From: Basidiobolus meristosporus CBS 931.73 | Lineage: Eukaryota > Fungi > Basidiobolomycota | Direction: 5' to 3' | Length of the DNA stretch: 64,000 nucleotides | Assembly: GCA_002104905.1 (NCBI GenBank) | Contig: MCFE01000031.1 | Coordinates: forward strand, 62,001 to 126,000 | In this document: positions 24,803 through 39,320 of the stretch, in pieces | Layout: every line of letters begins with the position of its first letter | Position numbering within the stretch: position 1 is the first letter of the stretch | Notes under the pieces: model-generated | What the model saw: only the letters and a program-made list of their open reading frames with translations | The model's database searches: none | What the model was told of the DNA's origin: nothing | Made by a program: the position numbers and the translations under genes

Positions 24803-26674
24803 AATGTTTCAAGAGCTCAGAAGGCATCAATACCACCAAAATACTGGCTATTGTACACTTAGACAAATGTGGCCACATGAGAACACTGTCCTTTGGGGCC
24901 AAGATATACTTTAAGACGTTTATTGATGACAAAACAAGATATATATTGGTGCTCTTCCTCAAAACAAAGGATGAAGCTTTAGTGGCATTTAAGCACTTCA
25001 AGAACATAGCAGAAACACAAACTGGGTGTAAATTGAAGGTACTACAAAGTGACAATGGAGGAGAATACTGTTCAAAGGAGTTTGCAAAATACTGCTCATC
25101 TACTGGTATACTTCAACAGACCAAAGTTACTCATACTCCACAGCAAAGTGGAGTAGCAGAACATCCAAATAGAACAATTGTAGAGATGAGAGGATCTATG
25201 CTACATGATAAGAGAAAGGACTACAAGCTTTGTGCTGAATCTGTTGCTAGCACAGTATACACCAATAAGAGATACCCAACCGCACCACTATATGATTCTC
25301 CACCCTTTCAGGCATATACAGGCAAAGAAACCAGACCTCCAGCACCTCATGATCTTTAGCAGTGGTGTCTTTGATCACATTCCTGACAAAAAATGCTCAA
25401 AGCTGCAACCAAAGAGTAGATTATTAATCTTTCTTGTGTATTGTGATGAAACCAAAGGGTATAGAGTGTATGATGGCAAAATTCAGAAGATGATCAAGAG
25501 CAGTGACATTGAATCTGGGGAGAATTCAGATCAGAGAGCCACTGAAATCATTGGCTGGCTGCCTGGTGATGCAATCAATACCAACAAAGAAGAAACATAA
25601 CTAATTCAGCCAGATAAGGAAGATAATTTAGGAAGACAATTTTACCAGTTCCAGATCAGAGCAGATTATCCCAGTTAGGAGATCTACCAGAATAATAATT
25701 GCCCCTGGATCCTGATGCAGTTGTCCAATGATTATGAAGAAGCTTATCTTGCCTTATGTGCCAAACCTGAGAATCTTGAACAAGCAATGCAAAGTCCACA
25801 TGCTACTATACAGCAACAAGCCATGCCTGAGGAGGACCAATCACTGATCAAGGCAAAAATGTGGGAACTGGTAAGCTTACCAAATGGAAGAAAGGCAATA
25901 GGATGTAGATGGGTCTACAAGGTCAAGATAATCTTAAATGGTACCATTGATAAGTACAAGGCTCTATTGGTGGCAAAAGGCTCTTCCCAGATCCAGGGAC
26001 TAGACTTTCAGGAAACAATTGCTCCAGTTGCCAAGTATAGCTCCATTAGGACAGTTCTAGGCCTGACAGCTGTACACAGTCTAGAACTACACCAAATGGG
26101 TGTTAAAACAGCCTTTCTAAATGTGGATTTGCAAGAAACTACATTTATGGAGCAGCCATAAAGTTTTACCACCCCAAAAGGCCCCCATAAGGTGTGCAGA
26201 CTTAGGCAATTGTTGTATGGATTTAAGCAGGCACCTAGAGCATGGTATTACAAGATTGACACTTATCTAGAGGGGATTGGGTTCATTTGTAGCACTGCAG
26301 ATCACATAATATATGTGAAACAGCTCAAAAAGAGTGTGACCATCCTAGTTGCTTATGTGGACAACCTAATAATAGCTACAAGTGACCAGGAGGCATATAC
26401 ACAGATGAAATCAGATCTCTTTAGTAAAATTGAAATGAAAGATCCTGGAAAACTGGGCTTTTTTCTTGGAATTGAAGTCAAATTTGCTATAGCTTTGCAG
26501 AATATTGTGCTAAATCAGTCCATGTTCATGAGGGATATTCTTGGATGCTTCAGAATGCAAAATTGCAAACCTGCAGCTACCCCTATGGACAATGATCTAA
26601 AATTGAGCAAATCTCAGCCAGTTGAGGTGAAAATGGCTCAAATATGGGTCAAAACCTTTCTCATCAGTCAACGA

Positions 26675-27745
26675 TGTAGTGGGGTGATAGTGACACCCAC
26701 TGACAGATGTGCTCATTCCCTCATTTTCTACTTCCCTATATCTCTACTACATTTATTTTAGTTTTATCCCATTTGTCTTACCCAATCAGTACTATCCCAT
26801 AAGCGGGTTGACTATCACACCTACTTACCTTATTGCATATGTTGCCCCTCACTTTATGTAAGATTACTAGCTATAGGTGCTTCTATATTAGGCAAGTACC
26901 CGCGCCAGTACCCGTGACACATGATCTACCCATGTCACCATCCCTAGCATTTCCATACCATATATGGTATCCCCATGTTGCACAGGTTTCAGAATACTGA
27001 TTCCTGATTGGTTGGATGTGCTGTGCATCTTAGAACTTTCTGGCACCTACTTAGAACAATCTTAGGTCATTCCGATGTCATTAAGATTTCTATTGATGTC
27101 TGGAACCTTCTGGAACACCATGATTAGTAATCACTTAGCCAGTGAGAAAAGTATATAAGGGAGGCTATCCCTCTACAACTAATCATCATCCCTTTTATCA
27201 ATATACCAACTTGTTGATTAGTGTGATCACTGCTACCTGCTGCTATCTGAACTTCCTACCCCAGACCACAGGATACTCCCAGGAAACCATGCTGACAGCC
27301 AACTGACCTTGGAGGCACCACTTGTGAGGAATACTCAGAGTAGGTATCTTTGATTATATTTGATTCTTTCCCAAGTTTGTTCTTGTACAGGCAAAGATAC
27401 TTTTCTGTCTTTGTAACTATTGACCACAGCTGAATTCTTATCAAGTCCCTGCTGGTGGAGTTTACAGTTGTTTTGACTTCGGAAGCTTTAGTATATTGTC
27501 ATCTCAAAGGATGCTGAACCCTGCACATACTTTTGTTAAGACGCCAACTAAGCTGGGGATTGTAGCTCAATAGTTTTCCCTTGACAAGCTTGTGGCTTTA
27601 TTCCCCTTAACATTAGATTAGAGACAGAACCCAAGTGTTCCTAGCAAGCTTTTGCCAGAGGTTATTGCACCCAGTGAACACCCCACACACAAAACACTTG
27701 AGAAGTGTTGGACATATCTCTCCCTTGGACCTATACACCACCTCA
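26675..27745. mobile_element. Solo LTR, family F (1071 bp)
   Basis: TGTAGTGG...CACCTCA; same length as and highly similar to 55650-56720; 4-bp flanks acga/acag inside the copia RT. Confidence 0.85.
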
Positions 27746-29179
27746 ACAGCTGGTAGCCTGATGTACTTGATGGTGTCTACACATCCAGGCATTGCAGTGG
27801 AAGCTGGAGTAATCAACTCATGCAGAATTGCTAACCTGCAGCTACCCCCATAGACAATATTATGAAACTGGGCAAATCCTGGCCAGTTTTAGGTAATAAT
27901 GGCTCATCTATGGGCCAGAACTTTCAATACCAATCAATGGTTGGTAGCCTGATGTACCTGATGGTGTCTACAAATCCAGATGTTGCAGTGGCAGTTGGAA
28001 TAGTCAGTCAATTCATGCAGAATTATGGATCAGATCAAATCTCAGCAGTTGAGTAGATTTTCAGATATCCCCATAAATAAGTATGGTACTAGAATACTTT
28101 GGAGCAGCTGATAGGCAAAAATATGATGGTTATAGTGATTCAGATTGGGGTAGGGATCTGATTGAAAGATGCTCAACCACAGGATATGTATTTTTTTATG
28201 CTGGTGCAGCTATTACTTGGAATTGCAAGACACAACCAGCATGGCCCTATCTACAACTGAAGCTGAATATATGGCTGCATGTTGAGCAACTAAGGAGGCT
28301 ATATGGCTAGAAAAATTATTCAACGACTTGGGTTTTTATTCAGATGAACCAACATGCATCTACAAGGATAATGAATGATGTATTTCATTAGCTAGAAATC
28401 CTACTACTCATGTCAGAACTAAGCACATTGATATTCAGCTTCTTCTAGTGAGGGAGGCTGTAGAAAATAACTTAGTAGAGTTAGTGTACTGCCCAAATAA
28501 CAAAATGGTAGCATATATATTGACAAAGCCACTAGCTAGGCCACAATTTAGGAATCTCAAGGAGGATTTAAGATCAAGAAACTATTGAATTAAGGGGGAG
28601 CGTTGAAATATTGGACTATTTGGTATCATTCAGCAGCAATAAATTTACTTGACAATTCTGGACTAGTCTTGGTCACTGTGGGTCTAATTTACAGCTATAG
28701 CTTTGTGCTTTCTTCAGATCTTCAATCTTATGATTATTCCTCTAAAGACAGGTCCAAATTAACACCATTACTAAACAGTATGTACTAACCCTGAAACTGT
28801 TACAGAATGCTCCAAAATATTGAGAAACCCTCCTTACTTAGTGTTACAGCTGTATTACTTCTACAAAGGTATAAATACTGAGCTTCTTTAATAATAAACA
28901 ACAGTTTAACTATTATCATTATTTGTTGATAGGTTCCTTACATCCAAATCACTTCTTAAATTGCAACAAGTGCTGGCCCATTTATAGTACCAGAGCAATC
29001 TGGCACTGCAATTTCTACCATAATGCCAGTGGTATGGTATAGTTACTAGTAATGTTACTCAATCATACCTACGTTGCTCAGAATAGTGCTTTTCTTGCTT
29101 TATTTACTCTTCATAATGCACCAGACACATTTCTCTCAGTGGATGTTTACTTGTATGAATATACTAAGCATTAATAAGT

Positions 29180-29794
29180 ATAAACTGACTGAGTCCCGTA
29201 GTGGTATTGTTGGGTATCTCTTCTTGATGTATACTGCAGTAGCAACAGATTCAGCAGAGAACTTGTAGTCCATTCCCTTATCATGTGGCATAGATTGTCT
29301 CATCTCTACTATAGCTCTGCTTACATGTTCTGCTACTACATTTTGCTGTAAATATGTGAAACAATGGTCTATTGAAGTATACCAGTAGATGAGCAGTATT
29401 TTGCAAGCTCCTTTGAGCAGTAATCTATTGCAATCTAAGAGGTGATTTGGATATAAGGAACTATCATGAAATAGTGGTAATAGTTGAGCTGTTGTTTATT
29501 CATAAAGTGGCTGAGTATTTATACCTTTGTAGAAGTACTACAACTGTAACACTAAGTAAAGAGTGTTTTGTAACATTCAGGAGCATTCTGTAACAGTTTC
29601 AGGATTAGTAAATACTGTTTGGTAAAAAGTGTTAGTTTGATCATCACTATAGGGGAATAATCATAGGATCACAGATGTGATTAAACTGGCAAAGGTAGGG
29701 CTGTAGGTTAGTCCTACAGTGACCAAGACTAATCTAGAATTATTAAGTAAATTTTAAGCTGCTGAATGTTATTAAATAGTCCAATATTTTAGCA
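29180..29794 (-). mobile_element. Copia-B integrase fragment (29180-29425) plus LTR-B (29426-29794)
   Basis: Reverse-complement similarity to 25070-25290 and to LTR 28601-28968. Confidence 0.8.
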
Positions 29795-29837
29795 AACTCC
29801 CTGTTTCTATACAATGCAATCAGCATAGCCAAGCTAA

Positions 29838-32800
29838 TGTTGAAATAATTAGGAGTCCACCTAATTATTGATATATTATGAACTAGCACTTAGTGAAATG
29901 ATATATTTCAGATTATCAGCATGGAAATTAGTTTGTAAGATATTAGACTTGTTCTGTTGGATAGTGCCACATTGAGCCATGAGTGCCAAATGATGCCATA
30001 GTGTCCCAGAGAGGTCAAGTGAGCCTATACTTGGCCACAGAATGTGAAACATAGCTCTGCATCTTCATGTAAAGCAGCCCCTGTGTTTCACCCATTGTGC
30101 AGGAGAAAATCCATATTTTGACCTTTTTTTGTGGATCAATGTAGCTCATGATGTGTAAGAGCACAGGAGAGCTGAAGATATGCATCTGGTACTCAATACC
30201 CATGGCACTCTGAATCTAGCTCCTGTAGCTTGTATCATGTCACAAAAATGAATGGCACTATCTTGGTCCACTGGTACTATCTGGCACTATAAGTGCTTGT
30301 ATAGATCTTACTTTAGGGCTCATATTTAAATATAGTGCCAGATAGTACCAGTGGACCAAGATAGTGCCATTCATTTTTGTGACATGATACAAGCTACAGG
30401 AGCTAGATTCAGAGTGCCATGGGTATTGAGTACCAGATGCATATGTTCAATCTGCTTGTGCTCTAACACATCCTGCACAACATTGATCCAAAAAAAAAGA
30501 TCAAAAAATGGATTTTCTCCAACACAATGGGTGAAACACAGGGGCTGCTTTGCATGAAGATGCGGAGCTATGTTTCACACTCTGTGACCAGGTAGAGGCT
30601 CAATTGGTCTCTCTGGCACACTATGGCATCATTTGGCACTCATGGCTCAATGTGGCACTATCCAACAGAACAAGTCTATTTACTAATTATTAGGAATTAG
30701 AGAAGTACAGAATTTTAGGAAAATCTGAAACTTGTCCAAATGAGCTGAAACTTGGCACATGTACTCCTGAGACTCCCCTAATAATGACTAAATAGTCACA
30801 ATTATGTAGTTCTGCAACAAGTATAAATACTGTGTTGCAACTCAATAAAACATCAAGTGAGTATCATGTAAATCTTCTAATTCTCTAATTCACTTCCAAT
30901 ATATCTCTCTAATATTTCAGCAGGTTATGAGCCCCAAGCTTGCTTTATCTTGGTTGTCTACTTTGCTCTAGTGCTGTGTCTTTATTCTGGAGAAAGACCG
31001 CCTGGTCTACCTGAAGTTACAAAAGACAGAAAAGTACTGCCGCTGCAAAGAACTGCTATATGGGATATATTGTTTTGGAGAGAGAGGCCTTTGCCCTTAA
31101 AGAAGACAGTAAGCAAAGAGAAAGGTCATATGTCAAGGAGATCATGTTGGACAAATTTCAAAAGTAATGAAAATGCAGAAGGATGAATCTTTGAGAAAAT
31201 GTGTAATCCCAGCAAGGAGTCAAGATCAATAAGGGGCATCTTACATAATATATGTATCAATGCTATGATCCTTATTATCACCACATGATGGATCTATATT
31301 GAAGATCCACAAGTACCTGGGTTTGGATTAGACTATTTCAGTCAATGAAGTGCCCATATTGCTGCAGTGAATTTACATAAGTCTCTAGTCACTTGAAATG
31401 AAATGATGCGCAAGCACTTTGATGCTGCCTGCTGCCCTAGTTTGGAGTTGGATTTGCTGACAGATATATGGATCAGCTTGCCCAAACTCTGAGGATCAAA
31501 ATGATATATAATACCTATATATTTGGCCAAAGATTAGTGATCTTAGATATGCCAACTTAGGAGTGGTACACATGATATATCAGTGGTACTATTTCCAGCA
31601 CCAATGAGCCTGAGGCTCTGTGAGACACTTATTAGATGAGCTACATGTCTACATCAAGTATCAGAAACAGTGGGAGGAGATATACCCAAATATGTTGAAG
31701 CATGGAATTTCTACCGCCATCAAGAAAAGTGCTACCGGAGACCTTGACCAAAGTATATGCATATAGTCTCTATATACACTATAGAGTATGCATGAAGTAC
31801 TATCAGGGAGTGTACTGGTTGCCCTACACTAGTACATATATCACTTACATACATTGATGAAGGATCATTTATATTAACATGGATCAGATGTTAATCATGC
31901 TATTTTGATCAGATCAAGTTACTTACAGCTCCCAGCTACGGGCCAAACTGCAATGATGATATCTGCCACTGAGATGCTGAGAAAAATGGCTTTTTAAGGA
32001 AGCTTATTTGATCAAATTTGATCAAGCCTGTGAAAAGTTATGCCAGATCAAAATGGATGACCGATTTGGTTGAAACATCTCAGAATAGATATGTTTTGAG
32101 GACAGGAGGTTCCTGAACACTCTGAGAGATCTAACAAACCGTGGATATGCTACCTGTATGGTCCAGATCTAGATCAATAAGGAAATTCTAGCAACCAGCA
32201 TCTTTAAGACCAGATATGGAACAAAAACCTACCGCCAATAAGTTGCCAGTTTCTAAATGGAGTTAGGTTATACCTAGGCCAGATCTGGACTATCTAGCAC
32301 ACTAGATATGATCCAGTTATCCTACCACATGAGGATAGTGGAGTATTGTTGGTAAGGAAAGCAGCAGAGCAGTCCATGAGAACCTACATACTCAGAGGCA
32401 ACATCACAATTACGGTGAACAATGGAGTCAACTTACCTGCAGTGGAGGCTAGAGAAGTGGTACCAAGGGCCCACTTAAGGGTTATAATGGGTCCAGAAGA
32501 TCATGGACTTGTCTATTTGCACTGTCAACCAAACTCTATGCTGGAAAGTTCTATCAGAAGTAACAGTGGCTTATCAGAGCCATTATGGTAGATTTACGCA
32601 ATTGGAAGGTGCCAGATCAGGTTGTACTGTTCAAGCGCAATAGTACATATGAGACCATATCTATCCTGTTTAGGATTAGGCCTCTATGAATAGCTGCCAA
32701 TCAAGCTGTGGTATGCTGTGATACCAAATCAAGCCTATCAAGATGCAAAGGGAAGATCTGAATACCGTAACAGTGATATCAGTCCAAGAAAGTTATGCCT

Positions 32801-33873
32801 AGATCAGAAGGATATATATGATCTACCTCAGTCAGTTTTAGATAGCAGGAAGCACCAGAAGATGTAGCTTCAGTGGGAGTACAATATCCCAGATCAGGAA
32901 TGAAGAAAAGCTAGGCTAGATACCATTGAAGGCACTAGTCTGGAAGAGGAAATACTTGGTCAAGCGTCAAAGAATAAGGCAACTACAATGCTGACCAATT
33001 GCTGGTCTCAGCAGATCATATATGGAGTATATGAGGAAAGTTACTATCCAGATCCAGTTATGGATATATGGAGGATAGTCTAAGTGAATTAGACTATAGA
33101 CCGGAACTGTGGATGATCCAGATCTACTGGAGAGAAGACCACATCCTAACTTTGCCAATTTTTAACCAATTTTACTCAAATAAGAAACAGCAGATAGCCT
33201 GAGAATGCAGCTCTTGGATGATGCAAACTATGCTGGGATTCAATCAGTATCTAAAAAGATTTACTCCAATCAAATTGATGACACTCATTCATAGATATTT
33301 GTAATGAGATCAGAGTTCAGACTCAAAGCAATTTGATCTGAAGGATGTAATTAACAGTATAGACTTATACTTAGTTATTACAGATAATATGCAATCCCTA
33401 ACATATATTGGAGAATACATTAGTCCAATAGGTTAGATGGTTAATTGCAGGTTTAATTTCAACCGCAAGATACACAACACCAAAGCAAGTTCATAAGTAT
33501 ATGAATATATTATGTGAGTGGGAGTGTTGAAATAATTAGGAGTCCACCTAATTATTGATATATTATGAACTAGCACTTAGTGAAATGATACATTTCAGAT
33601 TATCAACATGGAAATTAGTTTGTAAGATATTTACTAATTATTAGGAATTAGAGAAGTACAGAATTTTAGGAAAATCTGAAACTTGTCCAAATGAGCTGAA
33701 ACTTGGCACATGTACTCCTGAGACTCCCCTAATAATGACCAAGTAGTCACATTTATGTAGTTCTGCAATAAGTATAAATACTGTGTTGCAACTCAATAAA
33801 ACATCAAGTGAGTATCATGTAAATCTTCTAATTCTCCAATTCACTTCCAATATATCTCTCTAATATTTCAACA
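29838..33873 (+). mobile_element. Non-autonomous LTR element, family D
   Basis: 349-bp LTRs (29838-30922 minus the foldback insert; 33525-33873) with about 8 differences; perfect TSD GCTAA; PBS 30923-30934; PPT gagtgggag; 2.6-kb interior with no long ORF. Confidence 0.9.
29945..30677. mobile_element. 733-bp foldback element inserted in the 5' LTR of D
   Basis: Perfect TSD ATT; empty site gtaagatatttactaatt in the 3' LTR at ~33622. Confidence 0.95.
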
Positions 33874-33889
33874 GCTAATGCACTGCACT

Positions 33890-35040
33890 TGCCACTTGTG
33901 TGCAAAAAGTTGACTACAAAAACACAAGTAGCCATACTACAAGTCAACAAAGATATAATTTTGGTGTACAAAGTGAACAGCTACCAATAACTTCAGCAGC
34001 ATTCCCTGAAAGTAGAAAACTGGGAGAAGATGATGCAACTGAGTTGAATCACTATGATCTGGACTATGACTCAGCTATATGTAGAGTTGGAAAGCCTAGA
34101 GTGACTAATCACAGAGGCCACAATAACTGTGAAAGAAGATAGTCATTATCAGTGCCAATAAAAATATACTGTATAAAAGAGTCCCACCTCAGACAAATCC
34201 AAGAAGAAAGAATTTTGTGAACATTTCCATCAGCAAGGGCATATCTCAAAGTAGTCCCCTTGGAGATGAAACTGGCACCAGCCAACAAGAGCTTTCAGCC
34301 ATATTAAAGACCTTGAATATACAAATGTCAACAATGAACCTGAAGAAGACTCATAACTCACCATCTATATGACCAGAACTTTAAGTGTGTGCATTGTTAC
34401 TTTGCAGGAAAAGTACCCCATATCTTGGACTAATAAGCTTTTGAACAAACTCAATGGCACCACCATATTCAGCAATATTGGCCTTATACCAGAATACAAG
34501 CAGAATAGGGTGAGACCTGAAGAAATCACTAAAACAGAATATGGTACCTTACTTGAACATTTTGAGTGCTTAGTTATTAGTGTAGGCCTCATTAATGCCC
34601 AATCAATATTAATGACCTTAATGGGGGCTGTTTTCCTGGAGTACCCACATAAGTTTAAGTTATCCACCAAGATGACAAATAAGTATACAGCAAGATAGAA
34701 GATGACCACTTGGAGCTTATCAAGGTGACCTTGATGATACTAAGAGTGCACAAGCTATAAGGCAGGTTAGATAAGTATGTGTTCATCAAGCAGCACATTA
34801 AATTTCTGGGACACATAGATACTAGCACTGTAGTAATCTTAGACCCAAAGAAAATTGCAGTTATCAGAGTCTGAAGCAGCCTCACAGCATATCAGAGCTC
34901 AGACCATATCTGATAGTTGTCAAGTCCTTTGCAAGTATTGCAGCCCTATTGACTGATATCCAAAGACAACACCATGAAGTGGGACATGGCTTGTGAGACT
35001 GTATTTAGATACTTTTGAAAGAACTTGCCTAACCTAACCC
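33890..35040 (+). mobile_element. Old Ty3/gypsy family E relic (gag and RT remnants)
   Basis: gactatgactcagctat..gttggaaagcc matches E gag. ORF 34369-34698 is a decayed RT (KYPI..LNGTTIFSNI..GLINA). Confidence 0.75.
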
Positions 35041-35589
35041 TAAGTTGAATCCATTTTAGTCAAATCAATCAATGTAATGCTTAGCATGTTGGTACAACAG
35101 TGGTCCTAATTAACCACTGGTGTTGGTAGCAGATGCCCTGTGAAGAACTTGTTGTAATTCAAGAAGTGCTTCAATATTATATGTAATTGAGAGATAATGA
35201 GAACAGTTGAGCTATTGTCTATGAATAAAGAGGCTCAGTAATGATACCTTTGTAGAGGTTAAGCAATTGCAACACAAAGTAACAAGAGTTTTGCAATAGT
35301 CAGGGCCATCCTGTGCCAGAATCAAGGTTAATACCATATGATTAGTAAAAGTACCAACTTGTTCTTCACTATGCTGGCATAGCAATAAGAACATAAGTCT
35401 GAGAGAAAGTAGCAAAGCTAGAGCTGCAAATGAGTCCAATGGTGGCTAAGACCAATAAAGAACAGTAAAATACATTGTGAGCTGCTGAATGATATTAAAT
35501 AGTTCAGTATTTCAGCACTCCTCCTCAACAAAATAAGTTCCTGATACCAATCCCTCTCTGAGCCAATACTTAGTTATATGATGTATGTC

Positions 35590-36430
35590 AGGCTATTAGC
35601 TTAGGAATTAGTGTTGCAACATATTTGGGAGTTATTAACAATTATTGTAGTCCATGATATTAAGAAAATCTGCAACTTGTCCAAATCAGTTAAATTTGCC
35701 ACTTGTAGCTTTGAGATTCTGATAATACTGACTAAATAGCTACATATACATTGATCTGCATTGAGCATATATAATTTGATGCAACTCTACAAAACCGCAA
35801 GTGAATATTATGTAAATCTTGTTATTCTCCATTTCACTTCGAATATATCTCTATTATATATCAAAGGGCTGTGAGCCCCAAGCTTACTCAATCTTGTGTG
35901 TCTACTTTGCTTTAGTGCTGTCTCTTTATTTGGGACAATGAATGCCTTACCTACCTGAAGGTATGAAAGATAGAGATGTACTGCATTTACAATGGACTAC
36001 TAAGTGGGATACATCTTTAAAGAGAGAGAGTCCTTTGCCTTTGAAGAAGACACTGCGATAAGAGAAAGGCCATTTGTCAAGGAGTTCATGTAGGGCAAAT
36101 TTCAAATTATGAAATGTTCAGCATGAAGCTTTGCAAAAATGCACAATCCCAGCAAGGAGCTTAGATCAACAAGAGGCATACTTCATGATATGAGCATATT
36201 AACTCTTTCATTCTTAAAATCATAACATAAAGGAGCTATGTTGCAGTTCTACATCTCCCTGGGTGTGGATCTGATTATTTCAGTCAATGAAGTGCTTGTA
36301 TTCATACAGTGAGTCAGCATAAGTCTGTAGCTACTTCAAATGAAACTATGTGAAAATGTTTTGGAGCTGCCTACTGCCCTAGTTTAGAGCTTGATATGAA
36401 GTAAATACATGAATATGCCTGACCATATTC
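35590..36430 (+). mobile_element. Diverged family-D-like fragment (LTR, degenerate PBS, start of interior)
   Basis: aatctgcaacttgtccaaat..gtaaatctt..aatatatctct, then gggctgtgagccccaagctt; interior collinear with 30930-31480. Confidence 0.7.
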
Positions 36431-36439
36431 TGATTGGCT

Positions 36440-37518
36440 CTGAATGTTTTCTCCAAGGATTCCTATGCTGCTTTGGCAATATATGAAGTAAGAATTTATC
36501 CAATGAAGGAATCTTGCACATTGATATATATGGCATTAAAAGCTTCCTCTCCTTGCCTTGACACTGTTCAACTTCTTCTGCTGTTCCTTTGGGCTCAACT
36601 TCCTTTCCTGTTACTATGTTCCAAAGCTTTCTTTCCTCAAAGTGGAACTAAATATTAATTCTCTAGGGATAGTAGTTTTTCCATCCAGCCATTCCATCAA
36701 AGGAAAAATGGATGTGTTATTCTGTATGCTGGTAGATGTCATCTTTGATCAAATCAAGGCAATCAGGGCCCATAGCCTGTTGCAATCTAAGAAGTGTTTT
36801 GAATATAAGATATAAATCTAAAAATAGAGACAATAGTAGAGAAGTTGTTTGATCATAAAGAAACTCAGAATCTATACCTTTGTATAAGTATAACAACTCT
36901 AACACTACTTGAGAAGAGCTTCTCAACACTCTGGAGCATTCTTTATCAGTTTCAAGGCTAATACATGATTTTAATAAAAGTGTTAATTTAATCTTGTGTT
37001 ACAAATCTTGGTATAAGACTTGTAGAGGAACAAGGAGTTTAGCTAGTATTATATCCTCTAAAACTTGAACTGATTTTTATTGAGGTTCCGGCAGCTCCTT
37101 ATATCCATTTTTGCCAGTTCAATTCCGACTAATTGTATTTCCTGATGTAGGTTGTGGCTGATGACTCTTTTGATTGCATCATCATCACCCTATAAGATCC
37201 TACTTGATATATCTACTTCTGTCTGATAATGATCTGCTGACTCCTCTGCTGACTAATGCTTCTGATTTGATAGATAACACTGATATACTGATAGGCTGAA
37301 CATATAACTTATTGATTTGACTAAGATCTGATCTAACCTAAACATTCAAGCAATTGATTATAACACTTGTCTATAGGGTAGTAGTCATATGATCATAGAT
37401 CTGAAGAAAGTGGCAAAGTTAGGGCTGTAAGTTAATCCTACAGTGACCAAAACTAGCCTAGAATTGATAAGTAAACTTTTTGCTGCTGAACAATACCAGA
37501 TAGTCTGATTTTCAATAG
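36440..37518 (-). mobile_element. Copia-B fragment (gag start, PBS, 5' LTR) interrupted by a solo LTR-E
   Basis: Reverse-complement match to 22290-22980; PBS ggctatgggccctg. Confidence 0.8.
36997..37365. mobile_element. Solo LTR, gypsy family E
   Basis: TGTTACAA...ATAACA; 4-bp TSD CTTG. Confidence 0.88.
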
Positions 37519-37625
37519 AGACCTATATACATCCCTCTGGCTCTCTTGCATCTGGTAAATCTCCCAGTTCCCACCTTTTTGCCCCAATCAGTGAATGGTT
37601 TTTTCCTTCATGGCTTGTTGCCTCA

Positions 37626-38007
37626 TTATTAGCCGTAAAATAAGATCTATACAAAGCACTTATAGTGCCAGATAGTGCCAGTGGACCAAGATAGTGCCAT
37701 GCATTTTTCTGACATGTTACAAGCCTCAGGAGCTAGATTCAGAGTGCCATGGGTATTGAATACCTGATACATATCCTTAGTTCCTCTGTGCTCTTACACA
37801 TCCTGCACATCATTGGTCCTCAAAAAAATGTCAAAAAATGGAGTTTCTCCTGCATAAAAGGTGAAACACATGGGCTGCTTTGCATGAAGATACAGAGCTA
37901 TGTTTCACACTCTGTGGCCAAGTATAGGTTTACTTGGCCTCTCTGGCACACTATGGCATCATTTGTCACTCATGGCCCAATGTGGAACTATCCAACAGAC
38001 CAAGTGT
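37626..38007. mobile_element. Half foldback element (one arm plus spacer)
   Basis: Matches one arm and the spacer of 15516 and 29945; ends ..caagtgt|aat. Confidence 0.85.
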
Positions 38008-39320
38008 AATAACTTCTTAGTCCTAATTTCCCTCTGAGATTCTGATATTGTGGTCTAACCAATGGCTTTGTCAATATATATGCCGCCATTTTGTCAGTTG
38101 GCCAGTAAACTAACTCTACTAAGTTATTTTTTACAGCTTCCCTAACAAAGTGGTGTTGTAAATATATGTGCTTAGTTCTTGCAAGATTAGAGAGTTCCTA
38201 GCTAGCAAAATCCAACTTTAATTATTCTTGCAAATTTATGTATATTAATCTTAGTTAAAACCTAAGTCTTTGAATAATCTTTGTAGCTATATAGCCTCCT
38301 TAGTTGCTTGACAATCTGCCACATACTTAACTTCAGTTGTAGATAGGGCCACAGTTAGTTATTTCTTGCAATTCCAAGTAATAGCTGCACCAGCATATAG
38401 AAACAAACACCCAGTGATAGAGCATCTGTAACCCAGATCTATACCCAGGTCTGAATCACTATAACCATCAAAATGTTGCCTATTAGCTGCTCCAGAGTAT
38501 TGCAGTACCATACTTATAGTATCTTGGAGAAATCTGAGAGTCTGCTTAACTGCTGTATTTTGATCTGATCCATAATTCTGCATGAATTGACTGACTATTC
38601 CAACTGCCACTGCAACATCTGGATGTGTAGACACCATCAAGTACATCAGGCTACCAACCATTGATTGGTAATGAAAGTTCTGGCCCATAGATGAGCCGTT
38701 ATTACCCAAAACTGGCTAGGATTTACCCAATCTCATCATAATATCTATGGGGGGAGCTGCAGGTTAACAATTTTCCAACTTAAAGCATCTAAGAATATCT
38801 GTGATGTACTTGGAGTGATTCAGCATAACTTTCTGCATTGCTATATCAAGTTTGACTTCATTCCAGGAAAATAGCCCTATTTTCCAAGGTCTATCATCTC
38901 AAACTTACTGAAGAGATCTGATTTTAGCTGTTTAAGTGCCTCCTGGTTGCTTGTAGCTATGAATAGGTTGTCCACATAATGAACTAGGATGATCCCTGTC
39001 ATTTTGAGATGTTTTGCATATAGAGTGTGATCTGCAGTGCTATGAATAAGCCCAATCTCCTCCATATATGTGTCAATCTTGATATACCATGCTCTAGGTG
39101 CCTGCTTAAGCCCATACAGCAATTTTTTATGTCAATACACCTCATGATGCCCTTAGATCTATAAATGCTTTTGGTTGCTCCATATATATACTTTTTGCAA
39201 ATCCCTATTTAGAAAGACTGATTTGATGTGCATTTGGTATAAATCTTGTCTGTGTATAGCTGCCAGGGCTAGAACTGTCCTAATGGAGTTGAACTTGACA
39301 ACCACAGCAAGTGTTTCCTT

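Larger units (their letters stand above)
22290..28968 (+). mobile_element. Ty1/copia family B, copy B1 (degenerate, with nested foldback element and solo LTR)
   Basis: LTRs 22290-22643 and 28601-28968; PBS TGTTATGAGCCCTG; gag, SDNGGEY integrase, RT GVKTAFLN / YVDN, RH; PPT taagggggag. Confidence 0.92.
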
